64,000 nt of DNA from Nitrospirota bacterium. GTDB taxonomy: Bacteria > Nitrospirota > UBA9217. The notes under the pieces were generated by a model. It ran no database searches. It was not told where the DNA came from and saw only the letters and a program-made list of their open reading frames with translations. The stretch spans positions 192,001 to 256,000 of the forward strand of contig CAWBNQ010000001.1 of the NCBI GenBank assembly GCA_963790205.1. Direction: 5' to 3'. This document shows, piece after piece, positions 10,854 to 21,330 of the stretch (its first letter is position 1; the number at the start of each line of letters is the position of its first letter). Made by a program: the position numbers and the translations under genes.

Positions 10854-11836
10854 ATCTTCTCAGCGGCCCTCAGCTTCGCGCTCCGTGCGGCCGGGTTTCG
10901 CTCCAGTTCTTCAGGCCCGGCAGTGATCGGCCGCGGCGTCAGCACCTTGAGCTCCGGCTTTTTGCCGCAGGAGCAAACCGGCATTTTCGGCGGACAGATA
11001 CAGCCTTTGGCAGACACTGCAAAGGTCTGCTTCACGATGCGGTCCTCGAGCGAGTGGAAAGAAATGACCGCGAGCCTGCCTCCGCGCTTGACGACCGGTA
11101 TGATGCGGTCAAGCCCTTCGCGGAGGGAACCCATTTCATCGTTCACCGCAATTCGCAGGGCCTGAAAGGTCAGCGTGGCAGGGTGGATGCGCCGGGGAGG
11201 GTAAGGAGGAAAAACGCTCGACACGATCCGCGCAAGTTGAGCCGTGCTCGTGATGGGCTCCCGGACCCTCGCCTTTTCTATGGCCCCTGCTATTGCCCAT
11301 GCCCTGCTTTCTTCCCCGTATTCGCGGATGATCCTCGCAAGCTCTTCGCGGGGAAGGGTGTTCACCAGGTCTGCCGCGCTCTGCGGCTTGCTTTGGTCCA
11401 TGCGCATGTCGAGCGGACCGTCGAGCATGAAGCTGAAGCCCCGCTCCGGGGACTTCAGGTGAAACCAGGACACGCCCAGGTCAAGCAGCACGCCGTCTAC
11501 CGATTCATATCCGAGCCCGGACAGAACATCGGGCAGGTCACGGTAGTTCGCCTGACGCGCCACCGCGCGACTGCCGAACGGCGCCAGAGCTGTCCTGCAT
11601 CGTTCAACGGCTTCGGCGTCCTGGTCCAGGCCGACCAGAATGCCGTCCGGCGCAGAACGTTTCAGGATTTCCGTTGCATGCCCGCCGGCGCCGAGCGTCC
11701 CGTCCACGTATACCCCGCCCGCCTTGGGGGCCAGAAGGTCGATGGACTCGCGGAGCAGAACGGGAACATGTTCCAATTGCGGACTGCGGAGTTCGGATTT
11801 CGGATTATTCCTTATCGGATGTTTTTTGTTTCTCAT
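10850..11836 (-). CDS. rsmH: 16S rRNA m4C1402 methyltransferase; true start may be nearer 11776
   Basis: HVPVLL, DGTLGAGGH, DLGVS, LDMRMD, FQALRIAVN, SFHSLEDR and RSAKLR motifs. Confidence 0.97.
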   Translation of the reverse strand: MRNKKHPIRNNPKSELRSPQLEHVPVLLRESIDLLAPKAGGVYVDGTLGAGGHATEILKRSAPDGILVGLDQDAEAVERCRTALAPFGSRAVARQANYRDLPDVLSGLGYESVDGVLLDLGVSWFHLKSPERGFSFMLDGPLDMRMDQSKPQSAADLVNTLPREELARIIREYGEESRAWAIAGAIEKARVREPITSTAQLARIVSSVFPPYPPRRIHPATLTFQALRIAVNDEMGSLREGLDRIIPVVKRGGRLAVISFHSLEDRIVKQTFAVSAKGCICPPKMPVCSCGKKPELKVLTPRPITAGPEELERNPAARSAKLRAAEKI

Positions 11837-11868
11837 TCTGCACTCCGCACTCTAAAATCCGCAATTCT

Positions 11869-12228
11869 TCAGAGTCCCAGCGGCAGGTTGGTCGCGGCCT
11901 TTGTTACGCCGAAGCTCTTGGCGGCCTGCTGCGCCGTGTCGAACACCTGGAACTCGTCAAGCACGCCGGTGGTGCGGAAAATATTCTTGATATAGTCCGA
12001 CAGGCCCGCGAGCCGGAGGTCGCCGCCGAAGGACTGGAGCCGCTTTTTCTCCTCCACGAGTGCCTGCAGCATCGTAAAATGGATGTGCTCCGCAGCCTCA
12101 AAGTTCAGGATCAGCCCGTACATCTCACCCTTGACCAGCTGACCGATCACGCGGCCGATCTCCGCCATCTTGGCCGCGTCGATCTCGCCTTCAAGGTTCA
12201 TCTGATATACTTTGAGTTTTGAGTCCAT
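11869..12228 (-). CDS. STAS-domain (anti-sigma-factor antagonist-like) protein
   Basis: LEGEIDA...LILNF...GGDLRLAGLSDYIKNIFRTTG pattern typical of STAS folds. Confidence 0.8.
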   Translation of the reverse strand: MDSKLKVYQMNLEGEIDAAKMAEIGRVIGQLVKGEMYGLILNFEAAEHIHFTMLQALVEEKKRLQSFGGDLRLAGLSDYIKNIFRTTGVLDEFQVFDTAQQAAKSFGVTKAATNLPLGL

Positions 12229-12229
12229 G

Positions 12230-12664
12230 TTATAGGCCCAGTGCGGCGAGCGCCTCGCCGATTTTGTTACCGTTTTGAGAATTTCTCGCCTCCCACGCCT
12301 TTGCGTCCCAGACTTCGATCTTATTCATGATCCCGACGAGCATCACGTTCTTATGAATGCTTGCGCGCTCGCGGTGCATGGTCGGGATCAGAATGCGACC
12401 CTGCTTGTCGAGTTCGCACTCGGTGGCGGAGGAGAAGAAGAAACGCATGAAGTCCTTCACCTCCTGCTTCATCATGGGGAGGGTCTTGATCTTTTCTTCG
12501 AGCTTTTCCCATTCCTCAAGCGGATAGATCGTGAGGCATTGGTCAAAGTCCATGGTCATCACCAGCCTGCCGTCGTAGCGGTCGGCGATGATGTCCCGGA
12601 ACTTGGACGGAACGCTCACCCTGCCCTTGGAATCCACGGTATGTTCAAAGCTGCCTCGAAACAT
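12230..12664 (-). CDS. mraZ: Transcriptional regulator MraZ
   Basis: MFRGSFEHTVDSKGRVSVP and ELDKQGRILIP (two DxKGR/DxxGR repeats); first gene of the dcw cluster. Confidence 0.97.
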   Translation of the reverse strand: MFRGSFEHTVDSKGRVSVPSKFRDIIADRYDGRLVMTMDFDQCLTIYPLEEWEKLEEKIKTLPMMKQEVKDFMRFFFSSATECELDKQGRILIPTMHRERASIHKNVMLVGIMNKIEVWDAKAWEARNSQNGNKIGEALAALGL

Positions 12665-12683
12665 CGCCCTCTCTCCAGACATA

Positions 12684-12709
12684 CCCACTGCTTCCCACTT
12701 TACACCACC
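12684..12709 (-). promoter_or_regulatory. Probable MraZ operator: three GTGG boxes at 10-bp spacing
   Basis: Minus strand reads ggtggtgtaa-agtgggaagc-agtgggtatg just upstream of mraZ (ccac at 12685, 12695, 12705 on +). Confidence 0.75.
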
Positions 12710-12855
12710 TGCTGGGCAAAGTATATCTTTCATGCCTATTGATGTCAAGAAAATTATTAATTTTTTGAGATGTTACGCAGTGGGGCGAGGTGTCGGCTTG
12801 AAGCAACTTTTGTGATGACAATGAAGGGTAAAATAAGTATTATAAGCACACCATT

Positions 12856-13147
12856 ATGAATGATTTTTTCATAACCGCCGAAGAGGAACACATTAAACGG
12901 GAGAAGGCTAAAGCCCGCGAACTGCGCGCTTCCCAGTGGTGGAAGAGAAAACGCTCCTCGGGCCTGTGTTATTACTGCGGACAGAAGTTCAAGCCGGTAG
13001 AGCTGACCATGGACCATCTGGTCCCGATCACGCGCGGCGGGAAATCCGTCGCAGGGAAACCTCGTGCCTGCCTGCAAGGAGTGCAACAACAAAAAAAAAT
13101 ATCTCCTCCCTACCGAATGGGAGGAGTATCTGGAGTCTCTCAAATAG
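12856..13147 (+). CDS. Small HNH endonuclease; apparent frameshift near 13056
   Basis: CYYC...TMDHLVPITRGG, then in the shifted frame NLVPACKECNNKKKYLLPTEWEEYLESLK*. Confidence 0.85.
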
Positions 13148-13221
13148 GGGGGGGAAAAGGCCTCACCGTACGTTTTGTTGCTTCACCCGGTCTCCCCTTG
13201 TCTTATTTACAACAGGTTTCC

Positions 13222-13746
13222 TCACGCCGCCCGCACCCAGTCCACACGGGCAAGCTTGTTGTCATGGGACCACTCGTACGTCACTTCTCCGTGGAAGGCC
13301 TTTTTGATCGCCCTGCCGAGTCGCTGCGCCAGCTTCTCGTTCGTCGTGGAGATGACGATGCTGCCGTAGCCGTTCTCTTTTACCGACATCACCCGCTCGA
13401 GGGGATTGAAGCCGCGCGCCCGCGCTTCCTCGTTCTTGATAAGGTTCATCAGCTCCTGCTTGTGCGGAAGCACATAGTCACCCTTCAGCGTCACAATGCC
13501 GCCGGGGAAATTATCGCGTATCTTGAGGCACGCCGGGCAGACAACTACCACGTTTTCAGGGTTCTTCAACGCAGCCTCGTAGACAGAGCCATTCGCATAC
13601 CACCGCTTGTTCTTGTATACTGAACGACACCCCTCGCACACCGAGATCTTGCGGCTCGCGCCTTTCGGGAGATAGGGATCCGGGGTAGATGTTTTCTTTT
13701 TATACGTCTGCTTGTATGATCTCTCTAATTTGCCGACCATCTTCAT
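13222..13746 (-). CDS. BCAM0308-family (NMD3-like, two CxxC) protein
   Basis: DPYL, CEGC...KRW, CPAC.KIRDNFPGG, NPLERVM and TTNEKLAQRLGRA motifs. Confidence 0.7.
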   Translation of the reverse strand: MKMVGKLERSYKQTYKKKTSTPDPYLPKGASRKISVCEGCRSVYKNKRWYANGSVYEAALKNPENVVVVCPACLKIRDNFPGGIVTLKGDYVLPHKQELMNLIKNEEARARGFNPLERVMSVKENGYGSIVISTTNEKLAQRLGRAIKKAFHGEVTYEWSHDNKLARVDWVRAA

Positions 13747-13791
13747 AGCGTCCGCCTCCTTAGTTTCAACAGAGCACTTGCCGGATCTTCG

Positions 13792-14010
13792 TTATTTCAC
13801 TTTTCGATGGATCTCGGGGAACTGCTTCTTGAACTCGGGGATGGTTCTTGTGAGGAACATTTTGAGCGCTTTCAGTTCCGTCTGGATGTCCCGGATCTCT
13901 TCGGCGTATTCGGCCTCCTGCCTCTTCAGCGTATCGGAGAGGTTCGAAAGGGCCTTCTCCTGGATCTTGAGTCGTTCCGCAGTCCCGTTTGTGCTCTTCT
14001 TGTTGTTCAT
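13792..14010 (-). CDS. Small coiled-coil hypothetical protein
   Basis: Good RBS (gaggtgg), heptad-like charged sequence, co-oriented with neighbours. Confidence 0.6.
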   Translation of the reverse strand: MNNKKSTNGTAERLKIQEKALSNLSDTLKRQEAEYAEEIRDIQTELKALKMFLTRTIPEFKKQFPEIHRKVK

Positions 14011-14027
14011 GGGCCACCTCGCTCTCG

Positions 14028-14339
14028 CTATTTTTTCAGCTTCATCCCAAGCTTCTTTTCCACTGACTCAAGCTTCTTCTCCAGCCGTTCTTCTTTGCCC
14101 TTACGGTCATCGATCGTGATAGAGGTGAGCACCCGTTCAGCATCCTTCATGACCTCTGCATGGCATTTCTTTACCACTTCCATCACGGCGTCCCACTCGC
14201 CCTCAAGCACGGTGCCCATGGGGTTGGCCTTATAGGGAAGACCGCTCTCTGCGACGATTTTGAGGACCCTGGCAATCTGCGGGCTGACGCTCACTCCGGC
14301 GCCGATCGGAACCACGCTGAACTCAACGAGCATGCTCAT
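14028..14339 (-). CDS. MTH1187/YkoF-like thiamine-binding family protein
   Basis: EFSVVPIG, NPMGTVLEGEWD and ITIDDR...KLESVE motifs. Confidence 0.85.
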   Translation of the reverse strand: MSMLVEFSVVPIGAGVSVSPQIARVLKIVAESGLPYKANPMGTVLEGEWDAVMEVVKKCHAEVMKDAERVLTSITIDDRKGKEERLEKKLESVEKKLGMKLKK

Positions 14340-14577
14340 AGCGTTACCTCCTCCTCTCCTGAGATGGGATACCAGAAATCCTCCCGCATGCCCTGCACTT
14401 CTGCAACTTCTAATTCAAGTATAGCCGCTGTTCTCCGGCCTGTAAAGGATGCCGGACAAACGCTTTACCGTTGAAAATCATGATAATGTGTGCAATAATT
14501 TACTCAAGAACCAGTCACCACCGCGAGCGTCGAACAATAGCGATGTAATCAGTAAACGCGAAGGGCCGGCAAACACG

Positions 14578-15382
14578 ATGAATATGTTGCTCAAAATAGC
14601 GGGGACTATTCTTTTTCTCATCGCCTATCTTTTAACGTCATGCTTTATTAGTATACTCCCAGTGTCCGGCAAGTCGCGGCGCGCGATGCGGATACGAAAT
14701 GCCTCTTTTTTTTCAAGACTTGCCCTGGCGCTGTTCGGCATCCGGGTCCAGGTAGACCACGGCGAACGACTGCACTCGAACAGCGGCGGGCGTCTCATTG
14801 TTTCGAACCATCTCTCGTATGTTGACGTGCTGATCATCTCGTCGCTCATGCCGTCGATCTTCATAACATCGGTGGAGTTGAAGCGCACCTTTTTGCTCGG
14901 CGCGCTCGCGCGGTTAAGCGGCTGTCTTTTTGTAGAACGGAGAAAATTTTCCGGACTGAAACAGGAGATTGGTGACATTACGCGCGCGCTTGGTCAGGGT
15001 TTTTCCGTGGTCCTCTTTCCCGAAGGCACCACCTCGAATGGGGACTGCGTGCGGACAATTTAAAAACTCTCTCTTCGATGCTGCCGTGTCAGCGGGGTCC
15101 GACATTCTTCCTTTTTGTCTGCGGTATACTAAAATAAACGGCGAGTCCGTGACCGCCGGAAACCGGGACGCCGTCTTCTATTACGGCGGCATGACATTCT
15201 TCAGTCATCTTCCGAGATTCGTGTCGCAGAAGTCCGTCGACGTTGAGGTCATACCGCTCAAAACCATTGCGGCGACCACCGGTGTTTCTCGCAAAGAGCT
15301 TGCCGCTCAGGCGCACGACGCCATCTGCGCGGCGTATCGCACCCGGCAGGACCCGGGAAACGTCATGCTTGCCAGGATATAA
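14578..15382 (+). CDS. Lysophospholipid acyltransferase (PlsC family); apparent frameshift near 15055
   Basis: SNHLSYVD (HxxxxD), FVER and FPEGT motifs; C-terminus FKNSLF...PFCLRY in the shifted frame. Confidence 0.85.
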
Positions 15383-15392
15383 AAGGAGGATA

Positions 15393-15791
15393 ATGATGAA
15401 AAACGTGTCGTTGACGATTGCCGTTCTGTTGTTGCTCGCTGCCGCACCCTGGAGAGCGTACGCAGCCGGAGAGGCGAAGGGCACTGCATCGCCGGAGGCC
15501 GCACAGCAGAAGGAGCAGTACGAGAAGGGTCTGGAAGAGCGCCTCAAAAAGCTCGGCAGGGATCTGGACGAGCTTACTGCCAAGGCCGCGGCCATGACCG
15601 AACAGGCGAAGACAGACATAAATCGCGGTATCGCGGAGGCAAGGACGAAGCAGAAGGCCGCTTCCGCAAAGCTGGAAGAGATGCGGAAGAAATCAGTAAA
15701 AAAGTGGAAAAAATTCGCATCCGAGACCGATGCGGCCGCGGATGAGTTTGAAAAGGCATACGAACGGGCAAAAGCTCATTTCAAAGAATAG
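15393..15791 (+). CDS. Secreted helical hypothetical protein
   Basis: Strong RBS aggagg; signal peptide ending AYA; Lys/Glu/Ala-rich amphipathic helices. Confidence 0.7.
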   Translation: MMKNVSLTIAVLLLLAAAPWRAYAAGEAKGTASPEAAQQKEQYEKGLEERLKKLGRDLDELTAKAAAMTEQAKTDINRGIAEARTKQKAASAKLEEMRKKSVKKWKKFASETDAAADEFEKAYERAKAHFKE

Positions 15792-15848
15792 CCGTACTGC
15801 AAAATTTGCGGACCTGCTCCCGGATAACAAATTGCTGCGTCCAGATGT

Positions 15849-15886
15849 CCCTCTCACTCCCCCTCTTCCCGCCGGGGAGAGGGGGT
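15849..15886. repeat. REP-like GC hairpin
   Basis: ccctctcactccccctcttcccgccggggagagggggt; intergenic. Confidence 0.5.
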
Positions 15887-16002
15887 GATCGTATTGGCCA
15901 ACGCTCAATGGGCCCGGCTTTGGTTTTCTTGCAGTAAAACCCTTGACATTTCAGCCCTTAGTTGTTATTTTACATGGCCCGCTGAAAACGGGCGTACAGG
16001 CC

Positions 16003-17608
16003 ATGGATTACGCAGACGAAATAAGCAAACGGCGCACCTTCGCCATCATCAGCCATCCCGATGCGGGCAAGACCACCCTCACCGAGAAATTTCTTCTTTT
16101 CGGCGGGGCGATCCAGGTGGCCGGCGCGGTGAAGTCGAACAAGATCAGGAAGAGCACGTCCTCGGACTTCATGGACATCGAGCGCCAGCGCGGCATTTCC
16201 GTTGCCACGTCGGTCATGGGCTTCGACTACAACGGGCTCAAGATCAACCTGCTCGACACGCCGGGCCATAAGGATTTTGCCGAGGACACCTACCGCACGC
16301 TGACGGCTGTGGACAGCGTCATCCTCGTCATTGACTGCGTCAAAGGCGTCGAGGAACAGACCCTGCGGCTCATGGAAGTCTGCCGCATGCGCAAAACGCC
16401 GGTCATTATCTTCGTGAACAAGCTCGACCGGGAGGGCAAAAATCCTTTTGAGCTTCTTGACGAACTTGAAGTGAAGCTCTCCATCAAGGTACAGCCGCTC
16501 TCGTGGCCCATCTGCATGGGCACCTCCTTCAAGGGCGTTTACAATCTTTACAACAACAGCCTCTACCTCTTCCGCCCCGGCGGCGTCACGATCGCGAGCG
16601 ATGTGCTCGAGATACAGGGCATCGGCGATCCGGTCCTGGACCAGCAGCTCGGCGACTATGCGGTAAAGCTCAGGGAAGATGTGGAACTGATCGAGGGCAC
16701 GCACAACTCCTTTGACGTCAACGCCTATCTCACCGGCGACCTCGCGCCGGTCTTCTTCGGGAGCGCCATCAACAACTTCGGCGTCAAAGAACTGCTCGAC
16801 ACCTTCACCGAGATCGCCCCCACGCCCGGAAGCCGCCCCACGGACCAGCGCATCATTAACGCTCGTGAGAAGGATTTTACCGGCTTCGTTTTCAAGATCC
16901 ACGCAAACCTGGACCCGCGCCACCGCGACCGCATCGCCTTCATCCGCGTCTGCTCCGGCAAATTCGAACGGAACAAGATGTTCCTTCACGTGCGCATGAA
17001 CAAGAACATCCGCTTTACCAGCCCGGCAAGCTTCCTGGGCGCGCGCAAGAGCATCGTGGACGAGGCCTTTCCCGGAGACGTGATCGGCTTGTACGATACG
17101 GGGAATTTCAAGATCGGCGACACGCTCACCGAGGGCGAGAAGCTCATGTTCCAGGGCATCCCGACCTTCTCACCGGAAGTGTTCAAGGAGCTCGTGAACC
17201 TCGATCCCGTCGAAGTCCAAGCAGCTTGCGAAAGGCATCGAGCAGCTCACCGACGAAGGCGTGGCCCAGCTCTTCACCCAGCAGCAGGGGAACCGCAGGA
17301 TCGTCGGCACCGTGGGCCAGCTCCAGTTCGACGTGCTCCAGTACCGGCTGGAGCACGAATACGGCGCAAAATGCAGGTTCGAGCCGATGAAAATTTTCAA
17401 GGCATGCTGGATCACCGCGGATGATAAAATCGAAATGGAAAAATTCTGCAGGTTCAAGTCGGACCGCATTGCCACGGACAAGGACGGCAATATCGTCTTT
17501 CTCGCCGAATCGGATTGGGTGCTCCGGAACATGATCGAAGCCAGCCCCGAGATCAAGTTCCACTTCACCTCGGAGTTCAAGCGGGAAATGCAGGACGTGA
17601 AAAGGTAG
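16003..17608 (+). CDS. prfC: Peptide chain release factor 3; apparent frameshift near 17207
   Basis: [30 protein letters not shown]-terminal [18 protein letters not shown]. Confidence 0.96.
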
Positions 17609-17667
17609 TTTGCCGTACCAACCTTACACCCCATACCTCACAAGCCATTCTTTCCCAAAGCCTCCAT

Positions 17668-18159
17668 CTATCTACTCTCGGTCTTCGTTTCCTTTTTCCT
17701 GATATAAACCGTCTTTTCAATGGAAGCATGCACAACGCCTTCCGCATCGACAAGCTCGACAGGATAGATACGTTCGACTGAGGGAGCGGAGCTGAGGGCG
17801 TCTTTGACGGCGCTTATCTCTTCTTCCGTCAGGATAAACTTCGCAAAGAGCGTGCTTATGCCCGGCTTTTTGAAACGGAGGGAAGCCGCCTTGTCCCAAA
17901 TGACATATTCAGGGCCGAGGACCTTGATGAGCATCAGCATGTAGATGGGGTCCACCGCGCCGTACATGCTGCCGCCGTAGATCGTGCCCACGTAGTTCCT
18001 CGTCCTCCAGTTTAACGGCAGCTTGATCCGCACTTCGCGCCAATCACCGGCAATATAGGCGATCCGGGCGCCGGTGCCGCGGTAGGCCGGGAAAAAGTTG
18101 AAGCCCCAACGGCTGATTTTTGTTCTGAGCGATTCGGGCATATAGTTATACAGCCGCAT
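17668..18159 (-). CDS. DUF4442/YiiD-like hot-dog-fold thioesterase family protein
   Basis: NFFPAYRGTG, RNYVGTIYGGS.Y..VDP and WDKAA.LRFKKPG motifs. Confidence 0.8.
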   Translation of the reverse strand: MRLYNYMPESLRTKISRWGFNFFPAYRGTGARIAYIAGDWREVRIKLPLNWRTRNYVGTIYGGSMYGAVDPIYMLMLIKVLGPEYVIWDKAASLRFKKPGISTLFAKFILTEEEISAVKDALSSAPSVERIYPVELVDAEGVVHASIEKTVYIRKKETKTESR

Positions 18160-18376
18160 TTACGCGTGCCGAAACCTGCTGCCGCAAAAAAAACGTTCTG
18201 GGCAACCTGCGGTATCTATTCTAAAGAAATTACCTGGGAAACCGACGGCCGTATCTTGACTGCGCATAATGCACTTGAGCGGTTGAAAAGCGATACCCGA
18301 ACAGAGCGCGGTTACTGCCTTCCTGTCCCTCCTGCTTTCCCCCGATTTATCGTCCACGCTTTCCATGAACGACCAT

Positions 18377-18426
18377 AAAAAAAACAGCCCGTGGTTGTTC
18401 ACGGTTCTCGCCCACGGGCCGTTTTT
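18377..18426. terminator. Intrinsic terminator downstream of trpB2, possibly bidirectional
   Basis: A-run, cagcccgtgg...ccacgggccg stem, T-run. Confidence 0.7.
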
Positions 18427-18438
18427 CTCTATGAGAAA

Positions 18439-19791
18439 CTATATCTTCGGCAGCTTTTCGAGCGACCTTTTGATGTCCTCTTCGGGATGCTCGTGGTCCA
18501 TCAGCCTGCCCTCGCGGTAGTCTGCGTAGGCCTGGAGGTCGAGATACCCGTGGCCGCTCAGGTTGAAGAGGATCGTTTTTTGCTTGCCCTCTTCCCTGGC
18601 AATGATCGCTTCGTCGATGGCGGCCCGGATCGCATGCGCGCTCTCGGGCGCCGGGATAATGGCCTCCGTGTTCGCGAACTGCACGGCGGCCTCGAATACC
18701 GCCGTCTGATGATATGCCCTGGCCTCGATAAGCTTGTCGTGGTAGAGCTGTGAGATGAGCGGCGAGTCGCCGTGGTAGCGGAGCCCGCCGGCGTGGATGC
18801 CCGACGGCATGAAGTCGTGGCCGAGGGTATACATGGTCATGAGCGGCGTAAGGCCCGCCTCGTCGCCGAAGTCGTAGCGGAACGCGCCCTTGGTGAGCGT
18901 GGGGCAGGACGTGGGTTCGACGGCGATGACCCGGAGCTTTTTGCCGTTGATCTTGTCATGGAGGAAGGGGAAGCTGACACCCGAGAGGTTGCTCCCGCCG
19001 CCGCAGCATCCGATCACGATATCGGGATAGTCTCCCGCGAGCTCCATCTGTTTCTTGGCCTCCAGGCCGATCACGGTCTGGTGCAGGCAAACGTGGTTCA
19101 GCACCGACCCGAGGGCATAGTTCGTGTCGTTATGCGTCGCGGCGTCCTCGACGGCCTCGGAGATGGCGATGCCGAGACTGCCCGGGCTGTTCGGGTCCGC
19201 CTCAAGGACCTTTCTGCCCGAGTTCGTCACCTTCGACGGGCTGGCGTGGACCGTGGCGCCCCAGGTCTCCATCATGATGCGGCGATAGGGCTTTTGGCCG
19301 AAGCTCACCTTCACCATGTAGACCGTTACGTCGAGTCCGAAGAGCTTGCCCGCAAGCGCCATGGACGAGCCCCATTGTCCGGCGCCCGTTTCCGTGGCGA
19401 TGCGTTTGATCCCCGCTTGCTTGTTATAGAAGGCCTGCGGTATGGAGGTGTTCGGCTTGTGACTGCCGGCCGGGCTCACGCCTTCGTACTTGTAATAGAT
19501 CTTCGCCGGCGTGCCGAGGGCCTTCTCGAGCCGGTGGGCCCGGAACAGCGGCGCTGGCCTCCAAAGCGTATAGATGTCGAGCACTTCTTCAGGGATATCG
19601 ATCCAGCGCTCCCTGCTCACCTCCTGCTCGATGAGCGCCATGGGGAAGATGGGCGTAAGGTCCTGGGGGCCGATGGGCTGCTTCGTTCCCGGATGGAGCG
19701 GCGGCTTGGGCAGGTTCGGCATGTCCGCCATGATGTTGTACCATTTGGTAGGAATTTCCTTGTCAGAGAGAACGATCTTGGTCTGTTTCAT
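18439..19791 (-). CDS. trpB2: TrpB2-type tryptophan synthase beta-like PLP enzyme
   Basis: SPAGSHKPN (PLP lysine), [14 protein letters not shown] and NLSGHG; long N-terminal extension; no adjacent trpA. Confidence 0.92.
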   Translation of the reverse strand: MKQTKIVLSDKEIPTKWYNIMADMPNLPKPPLHPGTKQPIGPQDLTPIFPMALIEQEVSRERWIDIPEEVLDIYTLWRPAPLFRAHRLEKALGTPAKIYYKYEGVSPAGSHKPNTSIPQAFYNKQAGIKRIATETGAGQWGSSMALAGKLFGLDVTVYMVKVSFGQKPYRRIMMETWGATVHASPSKVTNSGRKVLEADPNSPGSLGIAISEAVEDAATHNDTNYALGSVLNHVCLHQTVIGLEAKKQMELAGDYPDIVIGCCGGGSNLSGVSFPFLHDKINGKKLRVIAVEPTSCPTLTKGAFRYDFGDEAGLTPLMTMYTLGHDFMPSGIHAGGLRYHGDSPLISQLYHDKLIEARAYHQTAVFEAAVQFANTEAIIPAPESAHAIRAAIDEAIIAREEGKQKTILFNLSGHGYLDLQAYADYREGRLMDHEHPEEDIKRSLEKLPKI

Positions 19792-20029
19792 TACTTCCTC
19801 CTTCACAAAGTAAGGTCGTGCCGCCGGAGCAACAAAGTGCGGCTATTTTAAACTATCTCTGAGACATACACAATGATATTTTTCGCGGTGAATAAGCGAG
19901 CGTGGGGAGCTGAACCGGGGGGAGGAGGGCTCGATCGTCCATTGCAATACCGTATGAACTCTGGAGCGAGCGCATCTCCGCGGATGCCTGTACGAACCTT
20001 CATGTGCCGCAGGGAGCTTCGATCAGCGC

Positions 20030-20305
20030 TTACAGGCCGATAGAGAACATGCTCTCCAGATCGTGGCGGGAATGCACGCGGAAGGCGACGAGCGTCTCCG
20101 AGGTTATGATCCCGTCCACCTTGAGCATGTGACTGGTCACCAGTTCCGCCAACTGCTCATTGTCCCTGGCCCTGATGATCACGGCCAGATCGTATCTTCC
20201 CGCGACCGAATAGACCTCGGTTATGCCTTCCATTTCTGCAAGCGCCCCGGCAATGGTGTTTACTTTGTCCCTCGAAACAGTCAGCAGTACCACGGCAGTC
20301 ACCAT
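20030..20305 (-). CDS. Stand-alone Lrp/AsnC ligand-binding (RAM) domain protein
   Basis: EVYSVAGRYD...GIITSETL; no HTH domain. Confidence 0.85.
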   Translation of the reverse strand: MVTAVVLLTVSRDKVNTIAGALAEMEGITEVYSVAGRYDLAVIIRARDNEQLAELVTSHMLKVDGIITSETLVAFRVHSRHDLESMFSIGL

Positions 20306-20348
20306 TTTTCTCCTCCACGAAACAGCCTATGAAACAGTATACCAGATT

Positions 20349-21275
20349 TTACCCGGCCGCAGTCCTCCCGATACAGCGCGGATCGGGGGCCGAAAGGCCG
20401 CCGGACAGATGAAAGGCATGGGCCGGACAGCCGCCGTGGCATTGCGTATGATGCTCGCAGGAACGCTGCGGACAGTTATTTTCCGTATAGGTGCGGAAAA
20501 ACGCGAGCACGCGACGGTTCCATATGGTTTCGAAGGGATCGGTGAGGATGTTTCCGAGCAGAAATCCGGCCCTTCCGAAGAAGAGGTTGCAGGGATAGAC
20601 CGAACCGTCGGGCATGACCCCGAGCTTCGTCGTGCCTGCGGGGCACCGGACCTGGGAAAGCTCGGGATAATTCTTCGTATCGGGAATGAAGCCCGAACAG
20701 TACACCATGCCGATCCGCGGGGAATGCGGGTACCGTGCCACGGCCTTACGGTAGTGAGGAAAGGACAGGGAATCAGCCAGTTCCGCTCGTTCCATGGCGT
20801 CCCGGTAGATCAGATAAAATTTCCCCGGATTGAGCGCAAGGATGTCCCGCATGAGCGTGTTGTCCATGCGTCGGGTATAAACGGTTTTTACAACAGGCTG
20901 ATACTGCTGTATGAATCCTCCGAGTTGCTTAAGCGTTCCCCGGTCATTGATGGATATCCCCAGGGTAACGTCCCGGCCCATCCCGCAGAGCTCCTTAAGG
21001 ACCGCGGTGTCCGTTCCGTTCGAGCTCACATTCACGCCAAAACCCTGCCGGCCCGCCTCCCGAACGATCCGGATGAGCTCCGGGTGCATCGTGGGCTCGC
21101 CGCCGATGATATCGATGGTCTTGACAACAAGCCCTTTCAGCCGCTCGAGCATCGCGCGAAAAGTTTCATAGGTCATGTCCTGCATGTCCGGCAGAGACCG
21201 GTTAAAACAGAAATCGCACGACCGGTTGCACCGCAGCGTGGGATAGAACTGTATGTAGTCGGGAGCGGTTCTCAC
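20349..21275 (-). CDS. Radical SAM protein with SPASM domain
   Basis: CNRSCDFC, GGEP; C-terminal CPAG...DGSVYPC...C..C....CHGGC. Confidence 0.9.
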   Translation of the reverse strand: MRTAPDYIQFYPTLRCNRSCDFCFNRSLPDMQDMTYETFRAMLERLKGLVVKTIDIIGGEPTMHPELIRIVREAGRQGFGVNVSSNGTDTAVLKELCGMGRDVTLGISINDRGTLKQLGGFIQQYQPVVKTVYTRRMDNTLMRDILALNPGKFYLIYRDAMERAELADSLSFPHYRKAVARYPHSPRIGMVYCSGFIPDTKNYPELSQVRCPAGTTKLGVMPDGSVYPCNLFFGRAGFLLGNILTDPFETIWNRRVLAFFRTYTENNCPQRSCEHHTQCHGGCPAHAFHLSGGLSAPDPRCIGRTAAG

Positions 21276-21330
21276 TCCTTACTCCTTACTCCGCACTTCA
21301 CATCTCACACTTCACACTTCGCATCCGTGG

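Noticed and set aside
17195..17225. Programmed frameshift in a release factor gene
   Set aside because: Programmed shifting is known for prfB (CTT TGA), not prfC; here it is an extra C in gatcccg, like the other insertion errors nearby
18160..18430. trp attenuator or leader peptide near trpB2
   Set aside because: The hairpin lies downstream of trpB2, so it fits a terminator; no Trp-rich leader seen upstream of the gene
20030..21275. Ahb/Nir heme biosynthesis module (rSAM plus Lrp-like)
   Set aside because: The Lrp protein is a lone 91-aa ligand-binding domain without the HTH-like part of AhbA/B, and no other heme genes are adjacent
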